Shown: positions 23,136 through 37,158, numbered from the whole stretch's first letter. The stretch is DNA of 63,844 bases, filler included, from Octopus bimaculoides (GCF_001194135.2; 6 parts of 6 records of this genome joined end to end with filler, not necessarily neighbours in it); one strand, 5' to 3'. Made by a program: numbers and translations. The notes: generated by a model from the sequence alone, not told the origin.

Positions 23136-23531
23136 CTCCTCCTCCGCCATCGCTTATACTTGTACAACATTACACAGATTTACATTACTCCCGGTCTACT
23201 CGTTCCCCCTACCGTATCTTCAAGACAACTGATTACACTCTTAATTGAATTACGTAAACTACATACGCGATGAGAACACACACACACACACACATACACA
23301 TACGCATATACACACACATACGAAACACATACACAAACCAAAAAACAAAACAAACAAAAAATACATGCACACGGCACTCGTACACCCACAGACAAACGAA
23401 TACAAGTAAGTTAGCGTGTGGGCGTGAGTGCTTGCGAAGATGTCTTTTGCAAAAGTGAATACACACACACACATACACACGGGTATGTGTGTGTACACAC
23501 ACATATGTATATATATCTACACGTATAGAAT

Positions 23532-23580
<49 letters not shown>

Positions 23581-23599
23581 TAATATATATGCATATACT

Positions 23600-23634
<35 letters not shown>

Positions 23635-23653
23635 GTATATGCATATACATACG

Positions 23654-23685
<32 letters not shown>

Positions 23686-23750
23686 NNNNNNNNNNNNNNN
23701 NNNNNNNNNNNNNNNNNNNNNNNNNNNNNNNNNNNGCATATATATACGGG

Positions 23751-23783
<33 letters not shown>

Positions 23784-23974
23784 GCATATATATACGTATA
23801 TATATATATGTGTGTGTGTGTGTATGCATATTCATATATATATATGGAGAGGTTTCTATGTGGCTTGCTTGTTTGTTGTACCTTGTTTATCATTTTGTCC
23901 ATGTTCTTTTGTCACGTCATGTACCCAGTTATGTATCTATGTGTACATATATATGCATATACTCATATATTGTT

Positions 23975-24016
<42 letters not shown>

Positions 24017-24602
24017 TATATATTATTCATGCCCATGTATGTACACATTCATATATGTATGTACGTATGTCTATCTGTGTATAAAGATATACTTGCATGT
24101 ATACCTTTATACATGATTGCACGTTATATACGTGTGTGTATATGTATGCATGTGAGCGCGTGTGCACGCGTGAATGTCTTATTGTGAGAATACAGAGCGT
24201 AACGTCGATTGTCGGTAAACGAACAGAATTTGACATGGAGTATATAATACGTCGTTATAAAATGGCGCTCGTTCGACCGTAACCTACGATACTGAAGGGA
24301 TACGCTTGGTATGTCGGTTTAACATCTGTAAAGGAAAGATTTTCACCCACAGTATTGACATACCATAAACATAGACTGACAAACAAAGGAGTAAATGAGG
24401 ATTTCTACATGGACACACGAAAGCTTCAGAAAAAGCGTAGGATTTAAATGTGTATTTGTACATGTGGGTGTGAATTTAACTGTGCGCTCCATGTATTTTC
24501 GTATGTATGCATATTCATACACACACACACACACAAACTAACAAACATGTAAATGAATAAGATATATATATGTATATATGTATAAATGTATATATGTATA
24601 TA

Positions 24603-24635
<33 letters not shown>

Positions 24636-25730
24636 ATATGTATATATATATATGTATATATATATATATGTGTATATGTATATATGTATATGTATATATG
24701 TATATGTATATATATATGTATATATATGTATATATGTATATATGTATATATATGTATATATGTATATATATATANNNNNNNNNNNNNNNNNNNNNNNNNN
24801 NNNNNNNNNNNNNNNNNNNNNNNNNNNNNNNNNNNNNNNNNNNNNNNNNNNNNNNNNNNNNNNNNNNNNNNNNNNNNNNNNNNNNNNNNNNNNNNNNNNN
24901 NNNNNNNNNNNNNNNNNNNNNNNNNNNNNNNNNNNNNNNNNNNNNNNNNNNNNNNNNNNNNNNNNNNNNNNNNNNNNNNNNNNNNNNNNNNNNNNNNNNN
25001 NNNNNNNNNNNNNNNNNNNNNNNNNNNNNNNNNNNNNNNNNNNNNNNNNNNNNNNNNNNNNNNNNNNNNNNNNNNNNNNNNNNNNNNNNNNNNNNNNNNN
25101 NNNNNNNNNNNNNNNNNNNNNNNNNNNNNNNNNNNNNNNNNNNNNNNNNNNNNNNNNNNNNNNNNNNNNNNNNNNNNNNNNNNNNNNNNNNNNNNNNNNN
25201 NNNNNNNNNNNNNNNNNNNNNNNNNNNNNNNNNNNNNNNNNNNNNNNNNNNNNNNNNNNNNNNNNNNNNNNNNNNNNNNNNNNNNNNNNNNNNNNNNNNN
25301 NNNNNNNNNNNNNNNNNNNNNNNNNNNNNNNNNNNNNNNNNNNNNNNNNNNNNNNNNNNNNNNNNNNNNNNNNNNNNNNNNNNNNNNNNNNNNNNNNNNN
25401 NNNNNNNNNNNNNNNNNNNNNNNNNNNNNNNNNNNNNNNNNNNNNNNNNNNNNNNNNNNNNNNNNNNNNNNNNNNNNNNNNNNNNNNNNNNNNNNNNNNN
25501 NNNNNNNNNNNNNNNNNNNNNNNNNNNNNNNNNNNNNNNNNNNNNNNNNNNNNNNNNNNNNNNNNNNNNNNNNNNNNNNNNNNNNNNNNNNNNNNNNNNN
25601 NNNNNNNNNNNNNNNNNNNNNNNNNNNNNNNNNNNNNNNNNNNNNNNNNNNNNNNNNNNNNNTATATATATATACATACATACATACATACATACATACA
25701 TACATACACACACACATCATATACTATGTG

Positions 25731-25862
25731 TCTGTGTAGTAAGACGCTTGCGTCCCAACCACATGGCTCAAGGCTTCTTAGCAAGTGTCTTCTACTATTG
25801 CCTCAGACCAACCGAAGCCTTGTGATTTGATTTGGTAAACAGAAACTGAAAGAAGACCGTCG
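25731..25862 (+). mobile_element. SINE family A 5' half, internally deleted
   Basis: TGTGTAGTAAGACGCTTGCGTCCCAACCACATGG...GCAAGTGTCTTCTACTATTGCCTC...GAAACTGAAAGAAG. Confidence 0.75.
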
Positions 25863-25899
25863 TCGGGAAATAATGTTGTAAGGGCTGTTCTAAGATAAC

Positions 25900-26300
25900 T
25901 TTGAAATCTATTCAGCCAGTCATTTCCACCTTCCACTATTGCTGAGAGGGTCGTGGAGGCTGAGTCTTCGGGCACCACCTCCATGGACCCCAACAGAAAC
26001 AACCGGCTGGATTCCAAGCTTGACCAACTGAGACTATGGATATTATTTAACCATCTCGTTCTTTGTCTGCTCCTCGGTCTTCCACCAGTTGGTTCGTTTC
26101 AAGAATCCATCTCACGATTTTTCCTGCGACATTCTAACCACGTCTGTATTGACGGAGCTGTGAATTCTCGATGTGAAGTAACAGCTCGGCCTGGTGTGGC
26201 TCCCTAATCTCCAAGCTGCGCATGCTGTCAAGTAATATTACTCGAGAGATCCTTCAAAGGAACCCCAAGTCGGTCACTTGTATTCGCGTTCACACTCGTT
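25900..26300 (-). mobile_element. RTE (Rex3/Expander-like) LINE 3' fragment
   Basis: Minus-strand frames give REPHQAELLLHIENSQLR and GGRPRSRQRTRWLNNIHSLSWSSLGI, matching the RTE C-terminal REELGVEPLLLHIERSQLRW...RPRGRPRTRW pattern. Confidence 0.75.
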
Positions 26301-27717
26301 TGGTTATTATCCAACATTTATGACCATAGTTAAGAATAGGCACGGAAACTGAACTGAAGATAGCAAGTTGACTTTTTTAGTAATCTCTCGTCACCTAAGC
26401 TATGATTATCACAACTTCAACAGTAATGAGGAGAAAGGATAATTATTTTTGTTATAAATTCTGATTAAGAAAAGCGAGAGAGACATCAGGAAATTTTAAA
26501 TTAAAATTAATTAACTTTGTTAACATTGCTACCATACTGCCACGATCGTATGTACTTCATACAACAGGTCAATGTTGTAGGAAGTACGTCGGTATGAGAA
26601 AGTTTTGGCCTTATTATATATCCTCAGTTAAATATTGCTTTTACCCATACTTCCTGATTAGAAATGATTTGAGAGTTGTGTTAATGAGGATATGGTTATT
26701 CCCAGATTCGAAGATGTTAAGTCAATAGTCAGCTAGCTGGCTAGCTAGATAGTTAGCTAGCTAGACAGTCAGACAGAGAGACGGATAAACAGACATACAG
26801 AAAGACAGACAGACGGACGGACAGCCGGATAGACAGTCAGATAGATAGATTGAGTAAGAGAGAAAGAGATGATTAAATTAATATAGATAAGGAGAAAGAA
26901 TAAGAAAGGGGGGATTCGTTTAGTTTTTTACTGTTTCGATTGGATTAGGGTCATGCGGGGCCACCGCTTTTAAAAGTTTAATCGATTAAATCGACCCCAG
27001 TACGTACTTTGGTTTGGTACTCGTTTTACTGTCAAATCCCAAGTTACCAAGCATAAAGAGACACAACGTTAAAAAATCAGTTTTTAGACAGTTGCAAATA
27101 TAAACACACGCATACAAAGGCACACGTAATATAAGCATGTGAGTGAGTGTGTGTATGACTGAGTGTGTGTATGAGTGAGTGTGTGTATGAGTGAGTGTGT
27201 GTATGAGTGAGTGAGTGTGGGAGAGGTGCATGTGTGTGTGCTGCACGCGCGTATATGCATGTGATATTTCTCAGTTTGGTTACCAGCTGACGTTGGTAAC
27301 CAACTATAGATTAAATTACTTTTCTCGTCCGACGATCTGGTGTTCCAAGAGGATTATGCAATCGTCTATGAAATGATTACCACATACCGCGTGGCATATG
27401 CTAATGAAACACGAGTAAAGAGTATGTACTTAATGATGTTGCAATGAAAATTTTTAACCGCATCTCCTGCTTTATTCTGCTCTCGGATATATCTCTGTGT
27501 ATGTATGTATGTATGTATGTATGTATGTATGTACAAACGGTAGGTAGAGTGTACTACTGACTACAATCCTCAAGAAAAGGAGAAAGCAATGTATATATAG
27601 CCTATAAGTTTATTGTGGGCCTTCGAATGTTCAATGGTATACTATGACCAATAGTTTCATCCCGGGTTATAATCATAGGAATAGTGAAGATTTGAGAAAT
27701 GTATGTTGTATTTATAA

Positions 27718-28094
27718 GTGGCTGTGTGGTAAGTAGCTTGCTTACCAACCACCTGGTTCCGGGTTCAGTCCCACTGCGTGGCACCTTGAGCTAGTGTCTT
27801 CTTCTATAACCTCGGGCCGACTAAAACCTTGTGAGTGAATTTGGTAGACGGAAACTGAAAGAAGCCCATCGTATATATGTATATATATATGTGTGTGTGT
27901 CTGTGTTTGTCCCCCTCTCCCCGAACATCGCTTGACAACCGATGCTGGTGTGTTTACATCCCCGTAATAATAGCGGTTCGGCAAAAACGACTGATAGAAT
28001 AAGTACTAAGTTCTAGAGTCGATTTCCTCGACTAAAGGCAGTGCTCCAGCATGGCCGCAGTCAAATGACTGAAACAAGAAAAAGAGTAAAAGAG
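27718..28094 (+). mobile_element. SINE family A, full-length, CpG-intact
   Basis: A/B boxes, central (TA)(TG) block, 3' domain, (GTAAAAGA)n-like tail. Confidence 0.9.
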
Positions 28095-28226
28095 TGGGTT
28101 TATCGGGGAGGTGTGTAGGTTGTCTGAGATTTAATGGTGGGACAGGATTTATTTTTCTCTTTACAGTAAAACCTAACGTGTTATTTTTTTTCCTTTGTAA
28201 ATTTACCCCCCCCCCTTTGTCTTCTT

Positions 28227-28610
28227 GCAGGTGACTGCATAGTAAAAAGTTTGTTTTCTAACCCCATGGTTCTGAGTTCATCCCCACTGCGTGGCACTTT
28301 CGGTGAGTGTCTTCTACTGCAGCCCCGGGTCGACCAAAGCCTTGTGAGCGAATATGGTGGATGGAAACTAAAAGATGCCTGTCGTATATGTGTGTGTGAC
28401 TTTGTGTTTGTGCTTATCTCCTCTACCACTGGATTTGTTTACGTCCCCGTAACTTAGCAGTTCGGTAAAAAAAAAAAAAAAAGAGAGAGAGACCAATGGA
28501 TTATGTACTAGGCATAAAAATAAATACTGGTGACTACACCCGTCAAGGCAGTGCCCCAGCATGGCCGCAGTCCAATGACTGAAGCAAGTAAAAGATAAAA
28601 GATGAAAGAT
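28227..28610 (+). mobile_element. SINE family A, full-length, second copy
   Basis: Same architecture, ~130 bp after the previous copy; (ATAAAAG)n tail. Confidence 0.85.
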
Positions 28611-28885
28611 TAAATTCAAATGTGAACTCAGAGTTTTATTACTTGCATTTGAAGTAGTCGCTTTTTTCTTTCTTTTCCACTTTCATTTTTCTTTTTTTTT
28701 TTGTTTTGTTATTGTTGCTCATTAGTTCTCTCTGATAGCTTCTATAAGCCAAGACGGTTAGTCGTAATTTCACAGAAGAGAAGAAGAAGAAGAGGAGAGA
28801 TAACAAACAACTAGAGGCTAGAATTGACAATGTGGTTTAATTTCTTACATAAAAGACTCTGCTAGAAACGTTAAAACGGCGTTTG

Positions 28886-28916
<31 letters not shown>

Positions 28917-30169
28917 TTTCTCAAGAATATTTTCTTCTAACCTAATTTTGAGACATTATTTAAAATATTCTTTTCCAATCAATAAACTCAATCTTTGAAT
29001 GTATAGACAAGGCCAACAAGAAGAAAAGAAATCAATGATTGATGGATGATGATATAGAAATATACATTCCACCATATTTCAACAAATAGAATTAATCAAA
29101 CGCAGTGTTGAATCATCGCTTATCTTCCTATCGCCGAAATAATTCAGTTAAAAAATAGTTTGACTCTATTAAAAGGCGTAGTAATTCATTCGTTAGATAT
29201 ATTATCGACTTCAATGATCAACATGAAAAATTTTTTAAAAATTACTATTTCCCTCTCTCACTCTTTCACACGCACTCTCTCTCCCTCTCTCTCTCATTCT
29301 CACTCCCTCTCCTATTTCCCCCTCTCCCTCACTCATTCTCCCCCTTCTCTCTCATTCGCTCGCTCGCTCACTCTATGCAATGTCTTCAGCTAATTCTCTA
29401 GTTCACCGTTATGTATCAAAGTAGTAGTGCAACCAAGGACTTTTTAAGCAATTACGTTCAGTACCATTCGCTTATTGCCACGGAAACCGAATCCTCGCGA
29501 TTCAGAAGCTAAATTTGTTAGAGATTGAATGAGTTATAAAGTAGCTATATTATCTGGGAAAAGGACTACCCCCTACAGATAACAGGTGGCGAAACCGCCA
29601 ACATTTGCGTCGTTATATCATGTGATGCCTGGCAATGGCCCTAACCACTAACAGCAGAAATTCCTTCTCCCCGAACCAAATGCTGCAATGGTTTTCAGCA
29701 ATTCCGTTATCTACAGGGTCATCGATAATAACATTTTGAAACAATGAGACGATAAACTAGATAACCACCAGCCATATTGTTTTCCAGATGTATTCGACCT
29801 GTAAGCGTTGTCGTTGGAGTTGTTTAGTTGCAGATCAACCCTGATTGAACTGACCTATAATCGAAGGTGACCACTCTGTATTGGTGACCACTCTGTATTT
29901 TTAAGAGTATACCTCCGATTCTATTATCCAGAATGTCCTTTTCCCTTTTACTGCGGAAATCGGATATATCCACTCAAAATTTCATTAATTTTAACTGCGG
30001 AAAGCAGTTTTATTAATCAATTTATTTTTTGTTGAGGAATGTCATGTTTGAAGCTATTTTTTGCTGGGATATGTAAAGTTTATTGCGGTAACATAATCTG
30101 CATAAAAAACCAATTGTATTTTTTGTTATATATTCAACATCATTATTGAAATAACCGTAAAAGTGCATA

Positions 30170-30440
30170 TCCTAGTGGTTAGTTAGGCTGTTGCACTCAC
30201 GATCTAATGATCGTGAGTTCGATTCTCTGATTGAGCAACGCGCTGTGTTCTTGAGCAAAACACTTTATTTCAAGTTGCTCCATTCCCCTTTTCGTGGTGA
30301 GAAGAATGTTGGCCTGTTCGCCTAGCCAGCGAGGTGGTGTCATTTGAAGGCTAAAACGATGCAAAACGTATTGTGACCAGCCCAGCGATGTGTAACAACA
30401 TCTGATAGCCAGCTCGGTCACGTGATCATATGATTGGAAT
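30170..30440 (+). mobile_element. SINE family D
   Basis: CCTAGTGGTTAG A box, GTGAGTTCGATTC B box, GTGTTCTTGAGCAAAACACTT core. Confidence 0.7.
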
Positions 30441-30572
30441 AACCATGACATTTCATTTCGCAGTAGTGTGTAATACAGGATGTTTTGACTGCTGTTTCTA
30501 GCCGGCCGAGGACCAGATAGAGGTGTCTTCATAAGTCATTTCGTCTATACGTTATAATATGAGGCTCTACAC

Positions 30573-30713
30573 TGGGTATGGGCAACTTTTTCGAAACGTG
30601 GGCCGCATGAGACATGGCTCATTGTCAGGCGGGCCGCACTACTAAAAAAATTCATTGTAATTTTACGTTAGGTATGCCATTCAGAATGCCCCGCCATAGT
30701 TTGTTCATTACTG
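30573..30713. mobile_element. hAT-type MITE with 8-bp target-site duplication
   Basis: CTCTACAC at 30565-30572 and 30714-30721. Degenerate TIRs TGGGTATGGGCAAC and GTTTGTTCATTACTG; internal GGGCCGCA motifs. Confidence 0.7.
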
Positions 30714-30994
30714 CTCTACACATTTACCTGAGTACGTTGATGCAGTTTTTGATGCTGAAACCAAGTTTTCAAGAGTTTTTCTACTGAAAAGGTGTCAACA
30801 ACATGTTTTATAATCGAAGTTAAGTTCACAAATGACATGGTTTATACTTTCTAATCAAGTCCCGTGACCTTCGTTTCAATATGAATGTCTCTCGATAGTC
30901 ACAAGATATGAAATGAGTACCAGTTGAGTACTGGGGTCGATGTAATCGACAAGCCCCTTCTCCTAAAATAATTTCAGGCCTTGTACCTATAATA

Positions 30995-31225
30995 TGAGTG
31001 GGTGCTGAAAAGTGTTCTTGGTTTTGGGTAAAAGAAAATACAGGAGGATCAGTTAATTATGGTTTTATTTAACATATTCCCCTCTCAGATTCACATACTT
31101 ATTTCAACGGCTCTTTAGTTTTTTGGGGTTTTTTTCTAAGCCCTCTAAAAGAACTCGGAAAAGTTGGGCATCCTACCAGGCCTTTCGCAATACCTTAAAT
31201 CCAGGAATTTTTCAGCACTCCCTCG
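30995..31225. mobile_element. Mariner-derived MITE, copy 1
   Basis: TIRs GAGTGGGTGCTGAAAAGT and CCAGGAATTTTTCAGCACTCCCTCG; homologous to 36384-36602. Confidence 0.75.
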
Positions 31226-32424
31226 AAGAACGGATATTTACAAGAACTTTCAGTGCTCTAATGCTCTTTAAATATGATTTTTTTTTTCATCAGGGTTAGA
31301 CATTGAACAACGTTGAGGTTGGCTTTAAAAAAAGGTGGAAAGAGAAAATAAAGCTCAGAGATGTCAATATCGCCCGTGTTAGTACTACAATATGAACAGG
31401 TAACGTCTCTACTTTGTCACGATGTTCTACAGACATTTTCTAAAAATACCTTTCAGTCTTTTCAGAGAACTGGTCTACGTTCTGTTCTTAACACACATTT
31501 GCAAAACAAAGCAAAAGAAAAAATATAAAAGAATAAAATTAAAACTCAAGGAGGAAGTCTGTCTGTCTCTCAAGGACAGGGACACGCGCTCAGGCAAATA
31601 GACAAAGAGACAGACAGATAGACAGACAGCTAGACATTCAGACAGACAAACTGGCAAAGGACTTCTATATGTTCACTTGACCTGCTAGAAATGACAAGCC
31701 ATACCTCTCTCAAATCGCACTCACCTGTTTTAAAAAAGAGAGGACACACATGATTATTTAATCCAACGTAGGCTATGTCTGTAGAAAAACGACAGTATGG
31801 TCGCAGTTGGAACACCTGTGATCAAGGGTCTGTTCGATGCTAGCCGAATTGCGACTGTATAGCATGGACAATGACGACTACCGCAGCAGTAGCAGCTGTA
31901 AGAACAACAACAACTACAACAGAGACCGAACACTTTCTGTGGAGATTGATTAACAATACAGGGCAATTAAATCCTAAAGATGTGACAGATATTACATATT
32001 ACAGTTATATCAATATCTCACACTATCATACTTATATTTCCATTTTCTATCTTTCTCCTCTTTCTTTAGCAGCTTCTAGCCTGGACGAAGTATTTGGCTC
32101 AATAAGCATCATATAACACGTTTATCACTAACACGTTTATCACTAACACGTTTATCAGATTAAATATAAGTTGTTAACGGAACGCTTTAGCTGTGACATT
32201 GTCTAAAAGACTATGTTAATGAATACACAAGAACAAGATCTCAGAAAAATATCGGACGGCTTACTTTGTGCGGAAGACATAAAATTTACACACACATACA
32301 AACACACACACAAAAACATAAATATACAGAATACATACATACTCACACGCACACATACATATATGCATGCACACATATACATGCATACATGTATACATAT
32401 ATATATAGATACACACATACACAC

Positions 32425-32484
<60 letters not shown>

Positions 32485-32556
32485 TTATACACGCACACAT
32501 ACTTATATATACATGTAATATACATGTACATATATATACATGCGTGTATGAATGTA

Positions 32557-32665
32557 CAGTAATCCCTCGACTATCGCAGGTGTTATGTTCCAAAACCCAC
32601 CCGCGATAGGTGAACCGCGATAGGTGAACCGCGATAGGTGAACCGCGATATGGCGAGGGATTATT
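32557..32665. mobile_element. Tigger/pogo-like mini-MITE with internal 14-bp repeats
   Basis: TA|CAGTAATCCCTCGACTATCGC...GCGATATGGCGAGGGATTATT; CCGCGATAGGTGAA x3 at 32601, 32615, 32629. Confidence 0.7.
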
Positions 32666-33146
32666 ATATGTATGTATGTATGTATGTATTACAACTAGTG
32701 TACATCAAGTGGAGAGAAGTAAATACTAATAGTATACTTAAATATATCTTTATTTATACATTGCTTAAGGAACACTGTATGTTACTCGTTACGTCAGTTT
32801 CATGTAAGTTTGTATTTGAAACTTTGAAAGAATTCACAGTCGCGAGCGCTCATTTATCAGGCATTTAAGATGATATTTAAATGCATATTGTGGAAGGATC
32901 ATAACTCCCTGCACCTTATTAGCATTACGTCTGTTAGATATACTATTTGTGTGCGTCATGGGTGTGTACCAGGAATGTGGGAAATTTATATATGCCTATT
33001 TGTGTTTTATAAGGAGTTTTTGATGATCTATATAAATTGTGCAAAGTGTCAATAAATATAATTCATAAATACAGTATTTTGTTTTTAACAGTGGAATTGC
33101 ATGTAAGTATTGGATTAAAAAGACCATTTGGATAGAAAAAGTAGAA

Positions 33147-33217
33147 GGTTGTCCGAGGGACTCGAACCCACATCTTCTGTAAACATGACAGGCGTTCTAA
33201 CGTTGGACCAAAGCAGT
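33147..33217 (-). pseudogene. tRNA-like head (pseudo-tRNA or SINE head, tRNA-Asp-like)
   Basis: Minus strand TGGTCCAACGTTAGAACGCCTGTCATG...GTGGGTTCGAGTCCC: A and B boxes, CGCCTGTCA resembles tRNA-Asp; no convincing acceptor stem. Confidence 0.5.
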
Positions 33218-34466
33218 TCTTAAGAATTTGTATGTGTAAAAGACATGTATAAGTATGATTGTCATTATAGAAGTTTATAAGAAACCAATCATGAGGCGGA
33301 GAGTGCGGGAGTTCATGATGTGAATGACGGTATTTCAGCGTTCAGTTGGCTACGGAGTTATCTGATGGAAGTGGTATTTTCTACTGACTGAACAGATACT
33401 TGTCAAAATGTAGGTATTTATTGATGAAATCTGTTCTGGTATTTAAATAGTTAGCAGAGTTTTTCCATGTCATCAAGATGGGTATAAAGTACTTGTCTTT
33501 CTGCTGTACAAAGTTCATCTCTTGGCTTTATTTTTATGACGTGCTTTCTTTTAGAAAATATTTATTTGATGTCTTAAGTTACCAAATGTGGTACGCCAGT
33601 TAGTTATAATTTGATCAGAGAATTATTTGAAGAACGTGGGGTGACTGAAGTAGTGTTGTTGAAATTTACCCTCAACCATATCTTTGTAATGCTTCCGTTC
33701 AGTCAGCGTAGTATAACCGAGGTAACTTAAACTTCATATACGATCGGTTCAACATTATCTGAATGTTGTCAAGAGGCTCGAGGTCTCCAAGCTAAAAAAA
33801 CAAAAACAGACAATCTCGGTCAAATTCTTCATAGATCTGGACAACCGGCTGATTAAATCCCCGTCCTGACAAGACATAATTGAGGAAAAGGAGCCTTCTT
33901 CAAAGACTTTGTCTGCTAAACTGTTCTAGAACACTCCAATATGTGAAGTGCAGAAAATAATCAACCATCCCATCAAGTTGCAAGGTCTAACTTGAAGTTG
34001 TTCGCACAAACTTCTTATATACCTTTGAGCCATGGATAGGCTATTAGAAATATGGGACACAATTCAATCACTTGGAGTACTAAAGCTGTCAATGTCCCAA
34101 TATACGCACCTCATATACGTACCCTATGCATAGAGGATTTTTGGCATAACATGGCCTTCTAAGCTACCTTCGAACGAATCAGGCCAACCAGACCAGACCA
34201 AACACACCAGCCGACCCTGAATGCCGAACATCTCCGACTACGTAGGACGGTCAAGAATATAAATGCAATGTGGGAGATTTTGCGTATACATGCACACACA
34301 TATGCACATAGACACACACACAGACACAGACACACACACACACACACACTCACTCACTCACTCACTCACTCACTCACTCACTCACTCACACGCACACACA
34401 CACGCACACACACACATACATGCATATGTTTGTCATCTTCCACCCCATCTTTAGATAGATAGATAA

Positions 34467-34523
<57 letters not shown>

Positions 34524-35704
34524 CATATGCACAGAAATATAATGGATCGTTTGTGCATGATTTTTTTTCCTTGGTTTCAACCCGGAAATTGACAAAAGAT
34601 AGATTGTTTATGACTTTCAATCAGGAAATTGATAATAAATTGATTATTTATGGCTTATGGTCAGGAAATCAAACCATACTAAGATATTCATGTCATCAAA
34701 TATTATTATTTTCTGTAATTTTGTCATCTTCTACACACATGCATACACACCCGTGCATACGCGTTCGCGCGCGCAGACACACATGCTCACACGCGCGCGA
34801 CAGAGAGGGAGCGAGCGCGCACTTGCGCACACATGCCACTCACCACCACGACGCACGTTTGTCATCTTCCGCCCAATCTTTATTGAAACACAACTTTTGC
34901 TCCATATGATTTACCAATATATATGTGTGTGTTTGCGTGTGTATGTGCGTTTGTGTGTGTGTGTGTGTGTATGTGTGTGTAAGTGTGTACGTTGTGTATG
35001 TGTGAAAGAGAAAGTCTATGTGTGTTCTTGTATGTATGTATATATAGATAGATGCATATATATATATTATATATATATGCACTTATATCATATATATATA
35101 TANNNNNNNNNNNNNNNNNNNNNNNNNNNNNNNNNNNNNNNNNNNNNNNNNNNNNNNNNNNNNNNNNNNNNNNNNNNNNNNNNNNNNNNNNNNNNNNNNN
35201 NNNNNNNNNNNNNNNNNNNNNNNNNNNNNNNNNNNNNNNNNNNNNNNNNNNNNNNNNNNNNNNNNNNNNNNNNNNNNNNNNNNNNNNNNNNNNNNNNNNN
35301 NNNNNNNNNNNNNNNNNNNNNNNNNNNNNNNNNNNNNNNNNNNNNNNNNNNNNNNNNNNNNNNNNNNNNNNNNNNNNNNNNNNNNNNNNNNNNNNNNNNN
35401 NNNNNNNNNNNNNNNNNNNNNNNNNNNNNNNNNNNNNNNNNNNNNNNNNNNNNNNNNNNNNNNNNNNNNNNNNNNNNNNNNNNNNNNNNNNNNNNNNNNN
35501 NNNNNNNNNNNNNNNNNNNNNNNNNNNNNNNNNNNNNNNNNNNNNNNNNNNNNNNNNNNNNNNNNNNNNNNNNNNNNNNNNNNNNNNNNNNNNNNNNNNN
35601 NNNNNNNNNNNNNNNNNNNNNNNNNNNNNNNNNNNNNNNNNNNNNNNNNNNNNNNNNNNNNNNNNNNNNNNNNNNNNNATATATATAAACACATAGATAG
35701 ATAA

Positions 35705-35735
<31 letters not shown>

Positions 35736-36383
35736 AACAGGTGGGTGAGAAAGATATGTGGATGAGAGAGAGAAATGTGAGAGAGAGAGTTGTATATATG
35801 CTAAAAGGTTTCACTATGTATTGACCAATTTGTGATATGCCTCGCATTAGAACGGTAGGAATATGCCGTGTTGCGTTTAACAAATATCTATCTACACGAA
35901 TCCTATAATATAAACGCCTGTATCAGCTCCTTCTCTTCTACACATACTTGAGAAGTTTTGGATTTATCTATCTTCACAAAGACATTAGCTAATTCAAAGT
36001 AATTTTTCGTTAATTTCGTTCGGTTCGTATTGCGGATCGTTCGGAACAGTATCCATCGAAATGTATGTTGTGCTTCCGATGGCGTATCGTGCAAAAATTA
36101 CTCATGCCTTGTTTGTTGAAACTGGTTCACAAAGCAAGTTGCGTGTCTGCTGAAGGAAAGAGTGCCTGTCCAAGTGCCGAACTGGAATTTTCATGTGTGT
36201 TTGTTACATGTGAAATTTCGGAGTTTGATCAAGTCGGTTTCGTATTTTTTAAAATGTAGATTAATGTCGCACGACTACGAGCCTTCACTTATTTCTAACA
36301 GCATATTGAGTGTTATGTGGGGTTTTTTCTACGCGTTCGCGCGCACACATGTTAGCGCACGCACACACACACATATATATATA

Positions 36384-36598
36384 GATGGGGGTGTTGAAAA
36401 GTTCCTGGCTTTGGATGAAAGAAAATACTGGAGGATCAGTTAATTACGATTCTATGCAACATTATTCTCCACTCACATTCACACACTTACTGTAACGGTC
36501 CAACCGTTTTTCTAAGCCCTGTAAAAGAATTCGGAAGGTTGGGTCTCCAGTTAGGCCTGTCGCGACACCCTTAAAGCCAGGAACTTTTCAGCACCTCC

Positions 36599-36602
<4 letters not shown>
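36384..36602. mobile_element. Mariner-derived MITE, copy 2
   Basis: GGGGGTGTTGAAAAGTTCCTGGCTTT and AAAGCCAGGAACTTTTCAGCACCTCC TIRs. Confidence 0.8.
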
Positions 36603-36637
<35 letters not shown>

Positions 36638-36670
36638 AGAAGAGAGGGAGAGAGTAACAAATAGACAGAC

Positions 36671-36727
<57 letters not shown>

Positions 36728-37158
36728 TAACATCCAGGGATCCAAGTCTAGGAAGTTTGTAAGCTTCAAGCAGTCCATGGCAGTTGTAGAGAACAAACAG
36801 TGAACAGTGCACAGCTAGGAACAATAACAATTTATTGGCATCGAAAGTTACACACTTTTTCCCATATCGAGGTTACGAGGAAAATCGATAAGCTGGTAGT
36901 TTCTACACAGTTCACGGTTGACAACTAGAATTGCTACAAATGCGAATAAAAATCCAAGTTGAGGGACCGGAATGGGTAAAATGCAGTCTACATATGTTTC
37001 TTAGCTAGCTGATCCTCTGACGAAGTAGTTACCCAAGGAGGGGTGCTCAACTTAGCTAATCATCAGGCCGAGATTACCTTAATTAAATGAAGTTATATTG
37101 TCGCTTGAAATTTCCAAATTAACTCACCGCAGACACATACATACACACACACAAACAC

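Noticed and set aside
22329-23150. Long poly-M/D/S/H ORFs, and all [12 protein letters not shown] and X-containing ORFs
   Set aside because: Translations of microsatellites and N gaps; no splice or homology support.
33380-34250. Non-repetitive stretch that might be a decayed transposase
   Set aside because: No diagnostic motif recognised in any frame.
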